Assembly (NCBI GenBank): GCA_964035545.1
Contig: OZ037769.1
Coordinates: 620,001-684,000 of the forward strand
Reading direction: 5' to 3'
Length of the DNA: 64,000 nt
DNA from: Bugula neritina
Taxonomy: Eukaryota > Animalia > Bryozoa
A program made the translations under genes and the position numbers. Under the pieces are notes generated by a model. It saw only the letters and a program-made list of their open reading frames with translations. It was not told where the DNA came from and made no database searches. Below, piece after piece: positions 12,825-25,016 of the stretch (positions are counted from its first letter, which is position 1; each line of letters starts with the position of its first letter).

Positions 12825-14410
12825 CTATAGCAAGATGGTTTACGGTGTGAACTGTTACTCTCCCTTATTTATAATCAATAATGTTTTTAGCTGATACTTG
12901 GCTACTGTCCTTTTTAACACAATTTATGTTGATATTCTGAAAATTTAACAAAATACAAAATATATTACATGAAATTTGTGAAATGGTTATTTTATAATGA
13001 GTGCTATTTATCACTGGTTAGCTTTACAATATTAATTTCGCAGTCTATACACTTTAGTTTCATTATAGTCAAATGAGTGAGTTTAAAATATAATTCTATT
13101 CTTGTCAATACAAAATTAGGCATAGGCTAAGTATTACACAATTTTAACAGCAAATAATCTACATGCAACTAATTTCTTATAAAAATCTCCTGTACAACCC
13201 CATGGGTCAACACATTAATGACTATAATATGTTTAGTTACACATAAATAGTAATAGTGCAGGATTACCAAATGAAATCCCACTTGCTAAATATCAGAAAG
13301 TTACATTTGTGTTCTGTAAAAATCATTCATCGAGTATAGCCCTAAAGTTCATGAGCTCTGTTGAACATAATATAAATTTTGCTATGGGTACTATTCCAAA
13401 TTGGTGGCTTTTTGTATCATTGTGGATTTGAAATAATTTTATTGCATCACAAACTCATGTATACTATAATTATTATTACTTGAAAAAAGGCTAGTAATTG
13501 TGTCAGGTGTTGTCTGCTCCTGACTATTGGTGCTGAAATGGGGAACTCTTAGATCTAGTGAGTCCATGTTTTTGCTTTGTAACCTATGTGGCTTATAGCC
13601 TTCTGTTCTTAGCATCTGCTATGTCTTCTATTGTGTTATTTTTACAAACCCGTTAACGACAAATTTGTTGTGTGTGGAACAGCAACTTGCTGTAGCAAAG
13701 TGCTACTTCTATAAAAATTGAACATCGCAACGACAAATTTAAAAATATGAACACTGTAGATTGTCTAACATAAATAAATTATATAATTGACAAATTTAAT
13801 AGAAATGATGTTTACTGTAATTATTTATGCTTACTGACATACGCACTGCCACCCCGAGTCTGACAATCACACTGAGTCACATCAACACTGCAACTCCAAT
13901 AATAACACAAACACTAACTCTAACTGAGTAAGTCACTAAAGTGTAACACTTACACTAACAGTAACTGTAAGTAAAAGTGAAAGCGTAACTTAAACTCTCT
14001 ATTTTTAATTTGACTATATTTTGAATAATTTGAGTTTCACACCAAAACTAAATCTGAATCTCACTCCGAGTCTGTCACAGTGTTGGTGTGTGTGATTCTT
14101 ATTTTCACTCTTAGTCTTACTCTTAGTCTTAGTTACTAAAGTAGTAATAATGGTAATGCCTAGGATCAAAATGTAAAGATGATTTTAATTTTAATTTTAT
14201 TTTTACTTTTGCTTCTGCTTTTAGCCCGTTTAGGACTTAGGTAAAGTTTAATCAATTCATTCAATCGTGTTCGAATAGACTAAATTTTTTAATAATCAGA
14301 AAATACTGAATCAATATTTTCTCATCAAGTTTTCCTAACAGTACTAGTAACTGTTGATGCTAGCGTCTACTGCATGTTCAATATTAGCCACCAGCATTTC
14401 CTGTTTAGAG

Positions 14411-17400
14411 ATGATCATAGTAGAGGCCAAGTTGCTGCATGGCTCGACATACTTAGCTGGAGAGGAAGTGGTATGCCAGTTGTGTTTCACCAACCCGTCT
14501 ACTCCTGAGAATTCTCTAAGGCTAAGCAGGTAAGGCTATGCATGTAAGGCTATGCATGTAAACCACAGTCTAAGACAGTTTGGAAAATGCAGCTACTATT
14601 ATACTAATGCTAACTACACATTCATTTATACAGTGACATTGAGCTTTACACATTGATGTCTAACACACGATACTATACCCTGCAGTGACATTGAAACTCT
14701 AGCCTGGTCTACAGCTCAGATCCACTGTCAATGTACTCTCAGCAACACCTCCACAGTGCAGGCCGACTTAGGTCAAGGTCAAGATAGTTTCAATCCCGGC
14801 ATAGCACCAGAGCTGACGTCCTTTCATCCAACTAGAGGTACCATATCATACTTGATACTTACTATATATTTACTCTACTATATACTCTATCTTACTTACT
14901 GCGTACTCTCTACTATAAACTTTATAGTATCCTATCCCTGCAGGTGAGAGGAGAATTACAGTATTATATTACATAGTATTATATACATGCAGGTGAAAGG
15001 AGAATTACAGTAGTATATTATATATTATCATATAAATGCAGGTGAGAGGGGGATTACAGTAATGATGACTCATCCCAAGATTCTATTCTGTAACATCAAG
15101 TTATCTCCAGGAGAGAAAGCTGAGTGTAAGTATAGAAGTGTACGTATATTAGTGTAAGTTATTTATTCTCCCTACTTTAGAGTATCTACCAAACTTACTA
15201 TGACTAATAAGTCATCATATCTCCACTTCTGCTACCTCTGACTCATGTCTATTTATTATATACTATCAGGAGTTGCCTACTCTTCTTATCATTGAGGGGA
15301 CAACTCTGACAATCTGTTTCTATTCCCATTGTGTACTATTGCTGATATTCCAATGAGCTGCATCCTGTAGAGTGTAACCTGTATTGTACTACAGACGTGT
15401 ACAGAGAGAAGATTCCTCTAGCCAACATTCCTCCTACGTTTAGGGGTGGGTTTGTCAAGTACTCGTACAAACTCACAATTGGTACTCAGAGACCAGACTC
15501 TGCTGTCTCCGAGATTAAAATTCCTTTCAGAGTCCTCACTGTGGACGGTAATTATATTTATAATATATTATATCTTTATATCTATAATATACTATATCTT
15601 TATATCTATACTATATTATATCTTTATATCTATACTATATTATATCTTTATATCTATAATATATTATATCTTTTTATCTATAATATACTATATCTTTATA
15701 TCTATACTATATTATATCTTTATATCTATACTATATTATATCTTTATATCTATACTATATTATATCTTTATATCTATACTATATTATATCTTTATATCTA
15801 TAATATATTATATCTTTTTATCTATAATATACTATATCTTTATATCTATAATATATTATATCTTTATATCTATAATATATTATATCTTTATATCTATACT
15901 ATATTATATCTTTTTATCTATAATATATTATATCTTTATATCTATAATATATTATATCTTTGTATCTATAATATATTATATCTTTATATCTATACTATAT
16001 TATATCTTTATATCTATAATATATTATATCTTTATATCTATAATATATTATATCTTTATATCTATACTATATTATATCTTTATATCTATAATATATTATA
16101 TCTTTATATCTATAATATGTTATATCTTTATATCTATAATATATTATATCTTTATATCTATACTATATTATATCTTTATATCTATAATATACTATATCTT
16201 TATATCTATAATATACTATATCTTTATATCTATACTATATTATATCTTTATATCTATACTATATTATATCTTTTTATCTATAATATACTATATCTTTATA
16301 TCTATACTATATTATATCTTTATATCTATACTATATTATATCTTTTTATCGATAATATATTATATCTTTATATCTATAATATACTATATCTTTATATCTA
16401 TAATATACTATATCTTTAAATCTGTAATATATTATGTCTTTATATCTATAATATATTATATCTTTATATCTATACTATATTATATCTTTATATCTATAAT
16501 ATACTATATCTTTATATCTATAATATACTATATCTTTATATCTATACTATATTATATCTTTATATCTATAATATATTATATCTTTATATCTATAATATAT
16601 TATATCTTTATATCTATACTATATTATATCTTTATATCTATAATATATTATATCTTTATATCTATAATATGTTATATCTTTATATCTATAATATATTATA
16701 TCTTTATATCTATACTATATTATATCTTTATATCTATAATATACTATATCTTTATATCTATAATATACTATATCTTTATATCTATACTATATTATATCTT
16801 TATATCTATACTATATTATATCTTTATATCTATAATATATTATATCTTCATATCTATAATATATTATATCTTTATATCTATACTATATTATATCTTTATA
16901 TCTATAATATATTATATCTTTATATCTATAATATGTTATATCTTTATATCTATAATATATTATATCTTTATATCTATACTATATTATATCTTTATATCTA
17001 TAATATACTATATCTTTATATCTATAATATACTATATCTTTATATCTATACTATATTATATCTTTATATCTATACTATATTATATCTTTTTATCGATAAT
17101 ATATTATATCTTTATATCTATAATATACTATATCTTTATATCTATAATATACTATATCTTTAAATCTGTAATATATTATGTCTTTATATCTATAATATAT
17201 TATATCTTTATATCTATACTATATTATATCTTTATATCTATAATATACTATATCTTTATATCTATAATATACTATATCTTTATATCTATACTATATTATA
17301 TCTTTATATCTATACTATATTATATCTTTTTATCTATAATATACTATATCTTTATATCTATACTATATTATATCTTTATATCTATACTATATTATATCTT

Positions 17401-20400
17401 TTTATCGATAATATATTATATCTTTATATCTATAATATACTATATCTTTATATCTATAATATACTATATCTTTATATCTATAATATACTATATCTTTATA
17501 TCTATAATATACTATATCTTTAAATCTGTAATATATTATGTCTTCATGTCTATAATATATTATATCCTTAACTGTTATATTAAAGTAATTTTTGTTATAA
17601 TATTATATATTATATTGGATTTATAAGATAGTATAGTACAATACTTATATGTTCAATATATTGTGTGATATAATAATTATATTTAGTATATTGTACAGTA
17701 TAATATAACATGTATTCAGTTTACTCTCTTTTATATCTTGAGAAGGCAACTCCTAAACTGTTATTGTATAGTCTAGTATACTCACACTGTTACTATATAG
17801 TCTAGTATACTCACACTGTTACTATGTAGTCTAGTATACTCACACTGTTACTATATAGTCTAGTATACTCACACTGTTACTATGTAGTCTAGTATACTCA
17901 CACTGTTACTATATAGTCTAGTATACTCACACTGTTACTATGTCGTCTAGTATACTCACACTGTTACTATATAGTCTAGTATACTCACACTGTTACTATA
18001 TAGTCTAGTACACTCACACTGTTACTATATATTCTAGTATACTCACACTGTTACTATATAGTCTAGTACACTCACACTGTTACTATATAGTCTAGTATAC
18101 TCACACTGTTACTATGTAGTCTAGTATACTCACACTGTTACTAGGTAGTCTAGTATACTCACACTGTTACTATATAGTCTAGTATACTCACACTGTTACT
18201 ATATAGTCTAGTATACTCACACTGTTACTATATAGTCTAGTACACTCACACTGTTACTATGTAGTCTAGTATACTCACACTGTTACTATATAGTCTAGTA
18301 CACTCACACTGTTACTATGTAGTCTAGTATACTCACACTGTTACTATGTAGTCTAGTATACTCGCACTGTTACTATATAGTCTAGTATACTCACACTGTT
18401 ACTGTATAGTCTAGTATACTCACACTGTTACTATATAGTCTAGTATACTCACACTGTTACTATATAGTCTAGTATACTCACACTGTTACTATATAGTCTA
18501 GTATACTCACACTGTTACTATATAGTCTAGTACACTCACACTGTTACTATGTAGTCTAGTATACTCACACTGTTACTATATAGTCTAGTACACTCACACT
18601 GTTACTATGTAGTCTAGTATACTCACACTGTTACTATGTAGTCTAGTATACTCGCACTGTTACTATATAGTCTAGTATACTCACACTGTTACTGTATAGT
18701 CTAGTATACTCACACTGTTACTATATAGTCTAGTATACTCACACTGTTACTATATAGTCTAGTATACTCACACTGTTACTATGTAGTCTAGTATACTCAC
18801 ACTGTTACTGTGTAGTCTAGTATACTCACACTGTTACTGTGTAGTCTAGTACACTCACACTGTTACTATATAGTCTAGTATACTCACACTGTTACTGTGT
18901 AGTCTAGTATACTCACACTGTTACTATGTAGTCTAGTATACTCACACTGTTACTATGTAGTCTAGTACACTCACACTGTTGCTCTATAGTCTAGTATACT
19001 CACACTGTTACTATATAGTCTAGTATACTCACACTGCAGGTATGAAAGAGCCGAGTGCTTACACAGACAAACAGAAGGTGCTCGCCCCTAGCAACCCTTT
19101 CCTAGCAAGTGACGACAACTCCAGCGCAGAACATTCTGTCAGAGATATAGCCCTGCAACTACTGGCAGAGCAGAGTGCTAGGAAACGTAACAGTAAGGGC
19201 GTTGTTCTAGTAGTCCACAGTGTAGAATATGCTAGGTGCTCAGTCTAATTCTCTGTATTACATAGCAACTGCTCAGCTGATTGTGTTCTAAGAGCTGTGC
19301 ATTGGTTGGCTTGTGGTGATGTGAAGGTCAGAAACTGTAGCGACACTCAACTGTCGCGACACTAAACTCACTGAAAATTGTTTGGGGTGACAACTCCAAT
19401 ATAACTCCTAATATTCAATTTGATGAATTACTGAATATTATTGTATGTATGCCATGCCATTAGTAGTAGAGTGCATGTATACATTATGCTATTAGTAGTA
19501 TAATGCATATGTATATTAAGCTATACGTAATATAGTATATACATTATATTATGCTATTAGTGTATGTATATTATTCTATTGGTAATATAGTGTATAGATG
19601 TGCTAGTAATATAGCATGTGTGTTACTGCAGACTGTTACAACATATCCAACCTGCACGGTAAAGTAGCCCGAATTTCTCTACCCAAGACGAGCTACAAGA
19701 TAGGGGAGGATCTTTCTTGTACATTTGATTTCTCTCAGGCTACAGTTCAGTGTTTGCAGGTGAGAGCTAAGTCTATGCTATTCTTCTTGTATTCTTTGAT
19801 GTGCTCTAGTCTAACAGCTGCTGGCTATTAGCTAGTGGTGGAGCAACAATTACTAAATAAGGGTTCTCTAGAGTAATTACACCAAGTTACAGAGTTCATA
19901 GAATTAATTAGGGGTTGCTTTGAGTGTAATGAGTCTAACCCTGCACTCTCTCCAACAGTCTCTAGTGTTAGGTGGTAACCCATCATTACTGTGTTTACTT
20001 TTAGGACTTTAATTTCATGTAAGATTATTTTCTTGTAAAATATTCTTGCAGTGCATAATTAATCACCATATTGTAGAGTTTTAACTTTAGTTATTAAAGT
20101 TTTTAGCGTTAGGCTTCACTCACTTCACGATGTCTCAGTTTAGGATACTTTTGAAATGGAATTTTTTTCTTTCTCTACCCATCCTTGTGCTTTTAGGTCA
20201 CACCCTCTCTGCTCATTCTTCTGTTTCTAGGTCACTCTCTCTCTACTCATTCTTCTGTTTCTAGGTCACTCTCTCTCTACTCACCCTTCTGTTTCTAGGT
20301 CACTCTCTCTCTACTCATCCTTCTGTTTCTAGGTCACTGTCACCCTCCAGAGTGTGGAGGAAGTTAGTGAGAGATTGAGAAAAGAAGGTGAAAGACACAC

Positions 20401-21007
20401 CAACACAATAAGTCACTCCAACCACCAGGAGTTCTGTCTGCACATGTCTAGGGCTAACATCATGCTACCGATACCTCTGCACATCACCCCTTCCTTCAAC
20501 TCAGACTTTGGTAGGAATGTAGTCTAACTCCCTCTCTCCAGTTATTTAGTGTTTCAGTTAAACTAAGAGCAGTTATTGTAAACAAGTACATATTTCAGAA
20601 AGGTTTAAATCTATATACTTTTTACCAAAGCAACATAAAACTTTATTTTAAAATTTCACAGTTAAGCTCAAATTCTAAGCAGCAATTTATAAATGTATCT
20701 TGTTTTAGCGATCAAGTCCCTTTTATAATTTTTTTACTATCATGGCCGTGCTATGTTGACACTCTTTGCTATGGTTACAGTGTCGCTGAAGTGGCAGCTG
20801 CACATAGAGTTTGTGACACTGACCACCCACATACCGGACCAGGCACCTGCAGAGAGTGACACAGCAAGCACCTTGTGGCATGGGCTGACAGATTTAGATA
20901 CAGAGACTATACACTGGCACCTGCCACTCACCTTGCTCTCAACTAGTCCTCTGCAGTGTGGCATCATACAGTCTGTCAAGTGTGATGATTTAGTGCAACT
21001 GGACTAA
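14411..21007 (+). CDS. RGP1: RAB6A GEF complex partner RGP1 (RIC1-RGP1), ~397 aa
   Basis: Exons 14411-14529, 14686-14837, 15042-15125, 15395-15547, 19040-19192, 19632-19759, 20333-20510, 20781-21007 (1194 nt). Motifs YLAGEEV, LAWSTAQIHCQ, RGERG..PKILFC, PPTFRG..VKYSYKLTIG, IPLHITPSF, VSLKWQLHIEFV, ETIHWHLPL. Confidence 0.94.
14935..15061 (+). repeat. Triplicated 3' splice junction, 49-bp period (TGCAG|GTGARAGGRGRATTACAGTA)
   Basis: AGs end at 14943, 14992 and 15041; the last is the real RGP1 acceptor. Confidence 0.9.
15555..17560. repeat. Intronic minisatellite, 24-bp unit TATCTTTATATCTATAATATATTA, ~83 copies with higher-order blocks
   Basis: Begins ~8 nt after the RGP1 donor; source of ORFs 15397..16419, 15446..17626 and 16669..17163. 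Confidence 0.97.
17758..19036. repeat. Intronic minisatellite, 29-bp unit TATAGTCTAGTATACTCACACTGTTACTA, ~44 copies
   Basis: The last unit runs directly into the acceptor (...TACTCACACTGCAG|, exon at 19040). Confidence 0.97.
20191..20338 (+). repeat. Five copies of a 3' splice junction, 34-bp period (TTCTGTTTCTAG|GTCACT)
   Basis: AGs end at 20196, 20230, 20264, 20298 and 20332; the last is the real RGP1 acceptor. Confidence 0.93.
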
Positions 21008-21842
21008 ACACTTGATATAAATGGCCACCTTTGTTACTTGGTTTTTTAGGTTTTTTACATTTATTTGAAGATAGATGTTTAAATTTTTATGTAGAAACTC
21101 TGTTCATAGTTATGCTAATCAGCAAAATGGATTAACTTCTATTTCATTGAAAATTATTTAACTGTGTTTATTTTTTATAAAGTCACGTGTTTAATTCAGA
21201 CTCTTAATTGTATTTAAAATATAATAAATAAAATATTGTATCTTTACTCTCACTGGATGGAGTTGTCATCTCACCAAAATGTTAGTCTGTCATTAGATAC
21301 AAAACAACACAACCACTTTAAGGTTTAACAGCAATATTCAGTAGAGTTCAGAATAATAACTGCTAGCCTAAGTTCTTAATTACATGCAAATATAGTGTGC
21401 GGAGTAATCCACTACCAGCTATAACCCAACCTCTGAGGTTAAATCACATGTGATGTAGTTATCTGTAACATAGAATGGAGAGCTAAAGTAGATGACAATG
21501 CAGTGCTCAGAACAAAGAAAGTGCACTATTTCTTAAACTCTTGAGTTATTAGTCCAGTCTGTTTTCACATTTCAATAATAATTATAGCTTTAAAGCAGAC
21601 TTGAAAAGAGTCAAGGAGGAGGCAATTACTTCACACGCACGCAATAATGTGCCAAGATGAGCTGTGATTGGTCAAATTTGTTTTCAAAACCACCATTGAA
21701 CAATTTTAAATTATGTAATTTAAAAGCAGAGCCATAACTAAGGAAATCAGTTGGCTTGAGTCAGTTGACTACCTTCCATCAATTCGTTAACAAAAGATTA
21801 TCAAAATGACTCTGTGTACAAGCTATGCTTTGATGTGAATAG

Positions 21843-24800
21843 ATGAATGTGGTAAGATTTATCATAAAATATATATTTTAGTTTCCACCTGTTGATATGT
21901 TAATTCTAAACTTAGAGATTTTTTGCTTAGTATCGACACTTGCAGCTTTTCAGTTTTTAGAAATACTAATGATTCCTAATTTTACTTTATTTGGAGTGAG
22001 TGAGATCAAGATGTAGTACTCTAGCAGTAGCAGTTGAAATTTGTATTGCTATCACTATAACAAATACTTATTAGCATGGCTTCAACAGGAGTCAATAATC
22101 TATATTTTGATTTTAAAATATCACTATAATGTCAAATTCAGTTCAACTTAAAGGCCATCTTGGAATAAAATTTTCTTGCAACAAAGTCGTGTATAATTAT
22201 AGTATAGCATGATAGAATATGTTAAATTGTATATATATATGTACGCTGCATTACCATAACCTGTAGCTATACCTCTAGACTCTAGTCAATAGAGTGATAC
22301 AGATATGCATGTAACTTGAACATGTACTTGTACATTCATCGTAATTATTTTTCATTCTATGGTTTTACTTGTAGCTGTCTCGATTACGAGAGGTAATCGA
22401 CATTAGTCTGACCAGAGCAGTCGCATCTTTCCGTCGACTCTTCAGATATATTAGATATTGGTTGCCTTTCTCGTGGTAAGTTCTCAGCCTATTTATTTAT
22501 AAATCTCACCCTAAATTATCTCCAGTTCATTCCTTATTGCTGCGTAGAGACTTCATTATTATCTACAATATCATGATACTATGTATCTATACAAAGTGAT
22601 CTAGTAACTGAAAGAGCATAGAATTAATAAGAAGTAAACGGTTCAACGTGATTACTAGTAAATATATTTAAATGATTATGTCAAAAATAAGCTATCATAT
22701 CGTCATACTTCACTCTGAGTATTCATATGCTGATAGTCTTTATGCTGACGCTAGGTGCAGAAGGACTGAAGATACCGACTCCCTAATGAATTCCAGCACG
22801 CAGACTGACTCGAATGAGGAGATTCAGATAGAGTCAGCTCATTACTTGTGGGAGCCCAGAAGCCCTAGAACTATGACAGCACGCTTCGATGCTGACCCTT
22901 CTAGTCTGGATCCATTCTACAGAAGGAATCTGTTCAAGCCAATATCTGCTCCAACACCAAATTCTTATCAACCACTATATGCTTCTGATCCTTTTCTACC
23001 ACAAGATGGTTCCAATCCTCATCCACCACCAAATGCTTCACATTTTCATCACTTGCCAACTGATGTTAATTATTTCCGACAACCACTTGGTTGCAATTGT
23101 TATCCGCTTTCTTCGTCTAGGTATCCCAACTCATCTGGTCAAAACTCTCCAAACTTAGATGATTGCTGCGATCTTTTCAACCACTGCACTCTTTGTAATG
23201 TAAGTTCTTCAAGATCCCCTTTACCAACTACTTTTCCGTCATCTTTCCAAAACTCTGGTTGCCAATTTTGTGCCAACTCTTCCGAATCAACTGAAGACAC
23301 TCTATTGTTTGATGATGAAAATCTGAACCTCAACACATCATCCAACTCATCTCTTGCCTCTTCCAGCTTTAGACTGGGCTCCGAAAATCCATCAAACCAG
23401 CTTTCCATTATGTCAGCCTTTGCCTTAGAATTAAGGAATCGCTATGGTTCATATAATGCACCTGGTATTTGGAAACCAGACCTTGAAGATTTCAGAGGAA
23501 TGCACATTTCTACTGATGATGAAACACCTTCTAGCCCTTCATATCCTACTAGCACTACTCAGGTTGACAGTACCCTCAGCTCCCCTAACTACTTGCAGTT
23601 GCCTGCTCCTAGAAGAACAACTCATCGCGCACCAAAAAGCGACCTGTTCCGGGTTCACACTGCATTAAACCAGGCTCAGACTTCTGAAGAAGAGATCTCA
23701 CAGCCAAGCAACACCTCATCTCGCCAAGCTCTCTTTTACCACACTCTTCAACAGGATAACAGAAATACTTCTGATGTTGTCACTCAGGGTGCTAATCTCT
23801 CTGCCACAACTCCAGCTCCTACCACTGTTCAAGACCAGCATGGTTCTGAGGCAGTGGTATGTTCACCTGCATCTAATCCTTCCCTGGGTGATGAATCTCA
23901 ATGGAGTTTGCCCAGCTCACCAACAAGTAACCCCCCCAGGACAAACCTTTCTTCTCCACCCCTACCAGCCAGCTTCACTGCATTCCCTGACAGCTTCCCT
24001 GCTTTGAATTCTTCCCAGATATCCTGCTATGACGTAGAAGATGGTGTTCTAACAGCTTCTGATAATACTCACACACCTGAACCTAATGAAATCCTTTTCA
24101 ACATGACAAAACCAACTGTCAGCAGTAGCAGTGATGTGCAAACCACATCTGCTGTCAGCAGTGAGCATGTGCAAACAGCATCAGTTGTCATTAGTAGCTC
24201 TGAGCATGTGCAAACAGCATCAGTTGTCAGTAGTAGCAGTGAGCAAGTGCAAACCACATCAGTTGTCAGTAGTAGCTCTGAGTATCTGCAAGCAGGATCT
24301 GTTGTCATTAGTAGCTCTGAGCATGTGCAAACCACATCAGTTGTCAGCAGTAGCAGTAAGCAAGTGCAGACGAATCCTCGCTCTTCTGAAAAGCAAGACT
24401 CAGCTGAAACACCTCCAACTGTAACTAGCAGTACTCAGTCTATGGAGAGAGAAATTTCCGTTCACCATAGTCTCACCTCCTCTGCTGCCTCACCTTCGAC
24501 TTCCTCCACCTCACCAACAGTTCTGGAGAACTTTCCAGAGTCTGATCAGGTTGATGCTGATGGTTGGCTGCTGGTATCAGGTTGGCACCCCCTTACTCCA
24601 TCACTACTTAACCAAATTCTACCTAATTTACTACAATAGTAAACATATGATATAAACTTTATAACAGTTAGATTGCTAATTGGTTTGATAGGTAGGATTT
24701 ACTTAGCTCAAGTAACCTGAATATTTAATGGAAAGTGACTGTTTGCTTATCTCAATTACTACAAAATGTTAGCTTGAATGGGTTATTCAACAATTTGCTT

Positions 24801-25016
24801 TAAATTTACTCATGCATGTTATTTTATTTAAATTAAAGTTTTCGGAGTTGTCTAACCTGCTGGCTGTTGAGGTTTTCCCTCTACAACAAATACCATGGCA
24901 GCTTCACTTGTTATATAACAACTGTGTTTTGTATTTCAGAAGAAGAAGAGTTAATGGATTCATCAGAAGTAAACTGTGAGCTGTTGGTAGAGGCATTGGA
25001 AGATTTTGATGATTGA
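21843..25016 (+). CDS. Uncharacterised ~670-aa Ser/Pro/Thr-rich disordered protein with N-terminal basic amphipathic segment and C-terminal LIR-like motif
   Basis: Exons 21843-21851, 22375-22475, 22755-24580, 24940-25016 (2013 nt, open, GT-AG). Starts MNVLSRLREVIDISLTRAVASFRRLFRYIRYWLPFSWCRR and ends DADGWLLVSEEEELMDSSEVNCELLVEALEDFDD*. AATAAA at ~25228. Confidence 0.75.
24115..24370 (+). repeat. Coding tandem repeat, ~42-bp (14-aa SSSEHVQTxSVVx) unit, ~6 copies
   Basis: Visible in both DNA and translation. Confidence 0.9.

Noticed and set aside
15397-17626. 340-aa, 726-aa and 164-aa Ile/Tyr-rich ORFs
   Set aside because: 24-bp intronic array in RGP1; open in several frames.
17758-19036. 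CRISPR-like appearance of the 29-bp array (also the 32-bp array at 55412-56432)
   Set aside because: Head-to-tail units with no unique spacers, no cas genes, eukaryotic context.
22672-22754. N-terminus of ORF 22672..24639 as the true start
   Set aside because: In-frame upstream exons with good splice sites give a better model; this part is likely intron.
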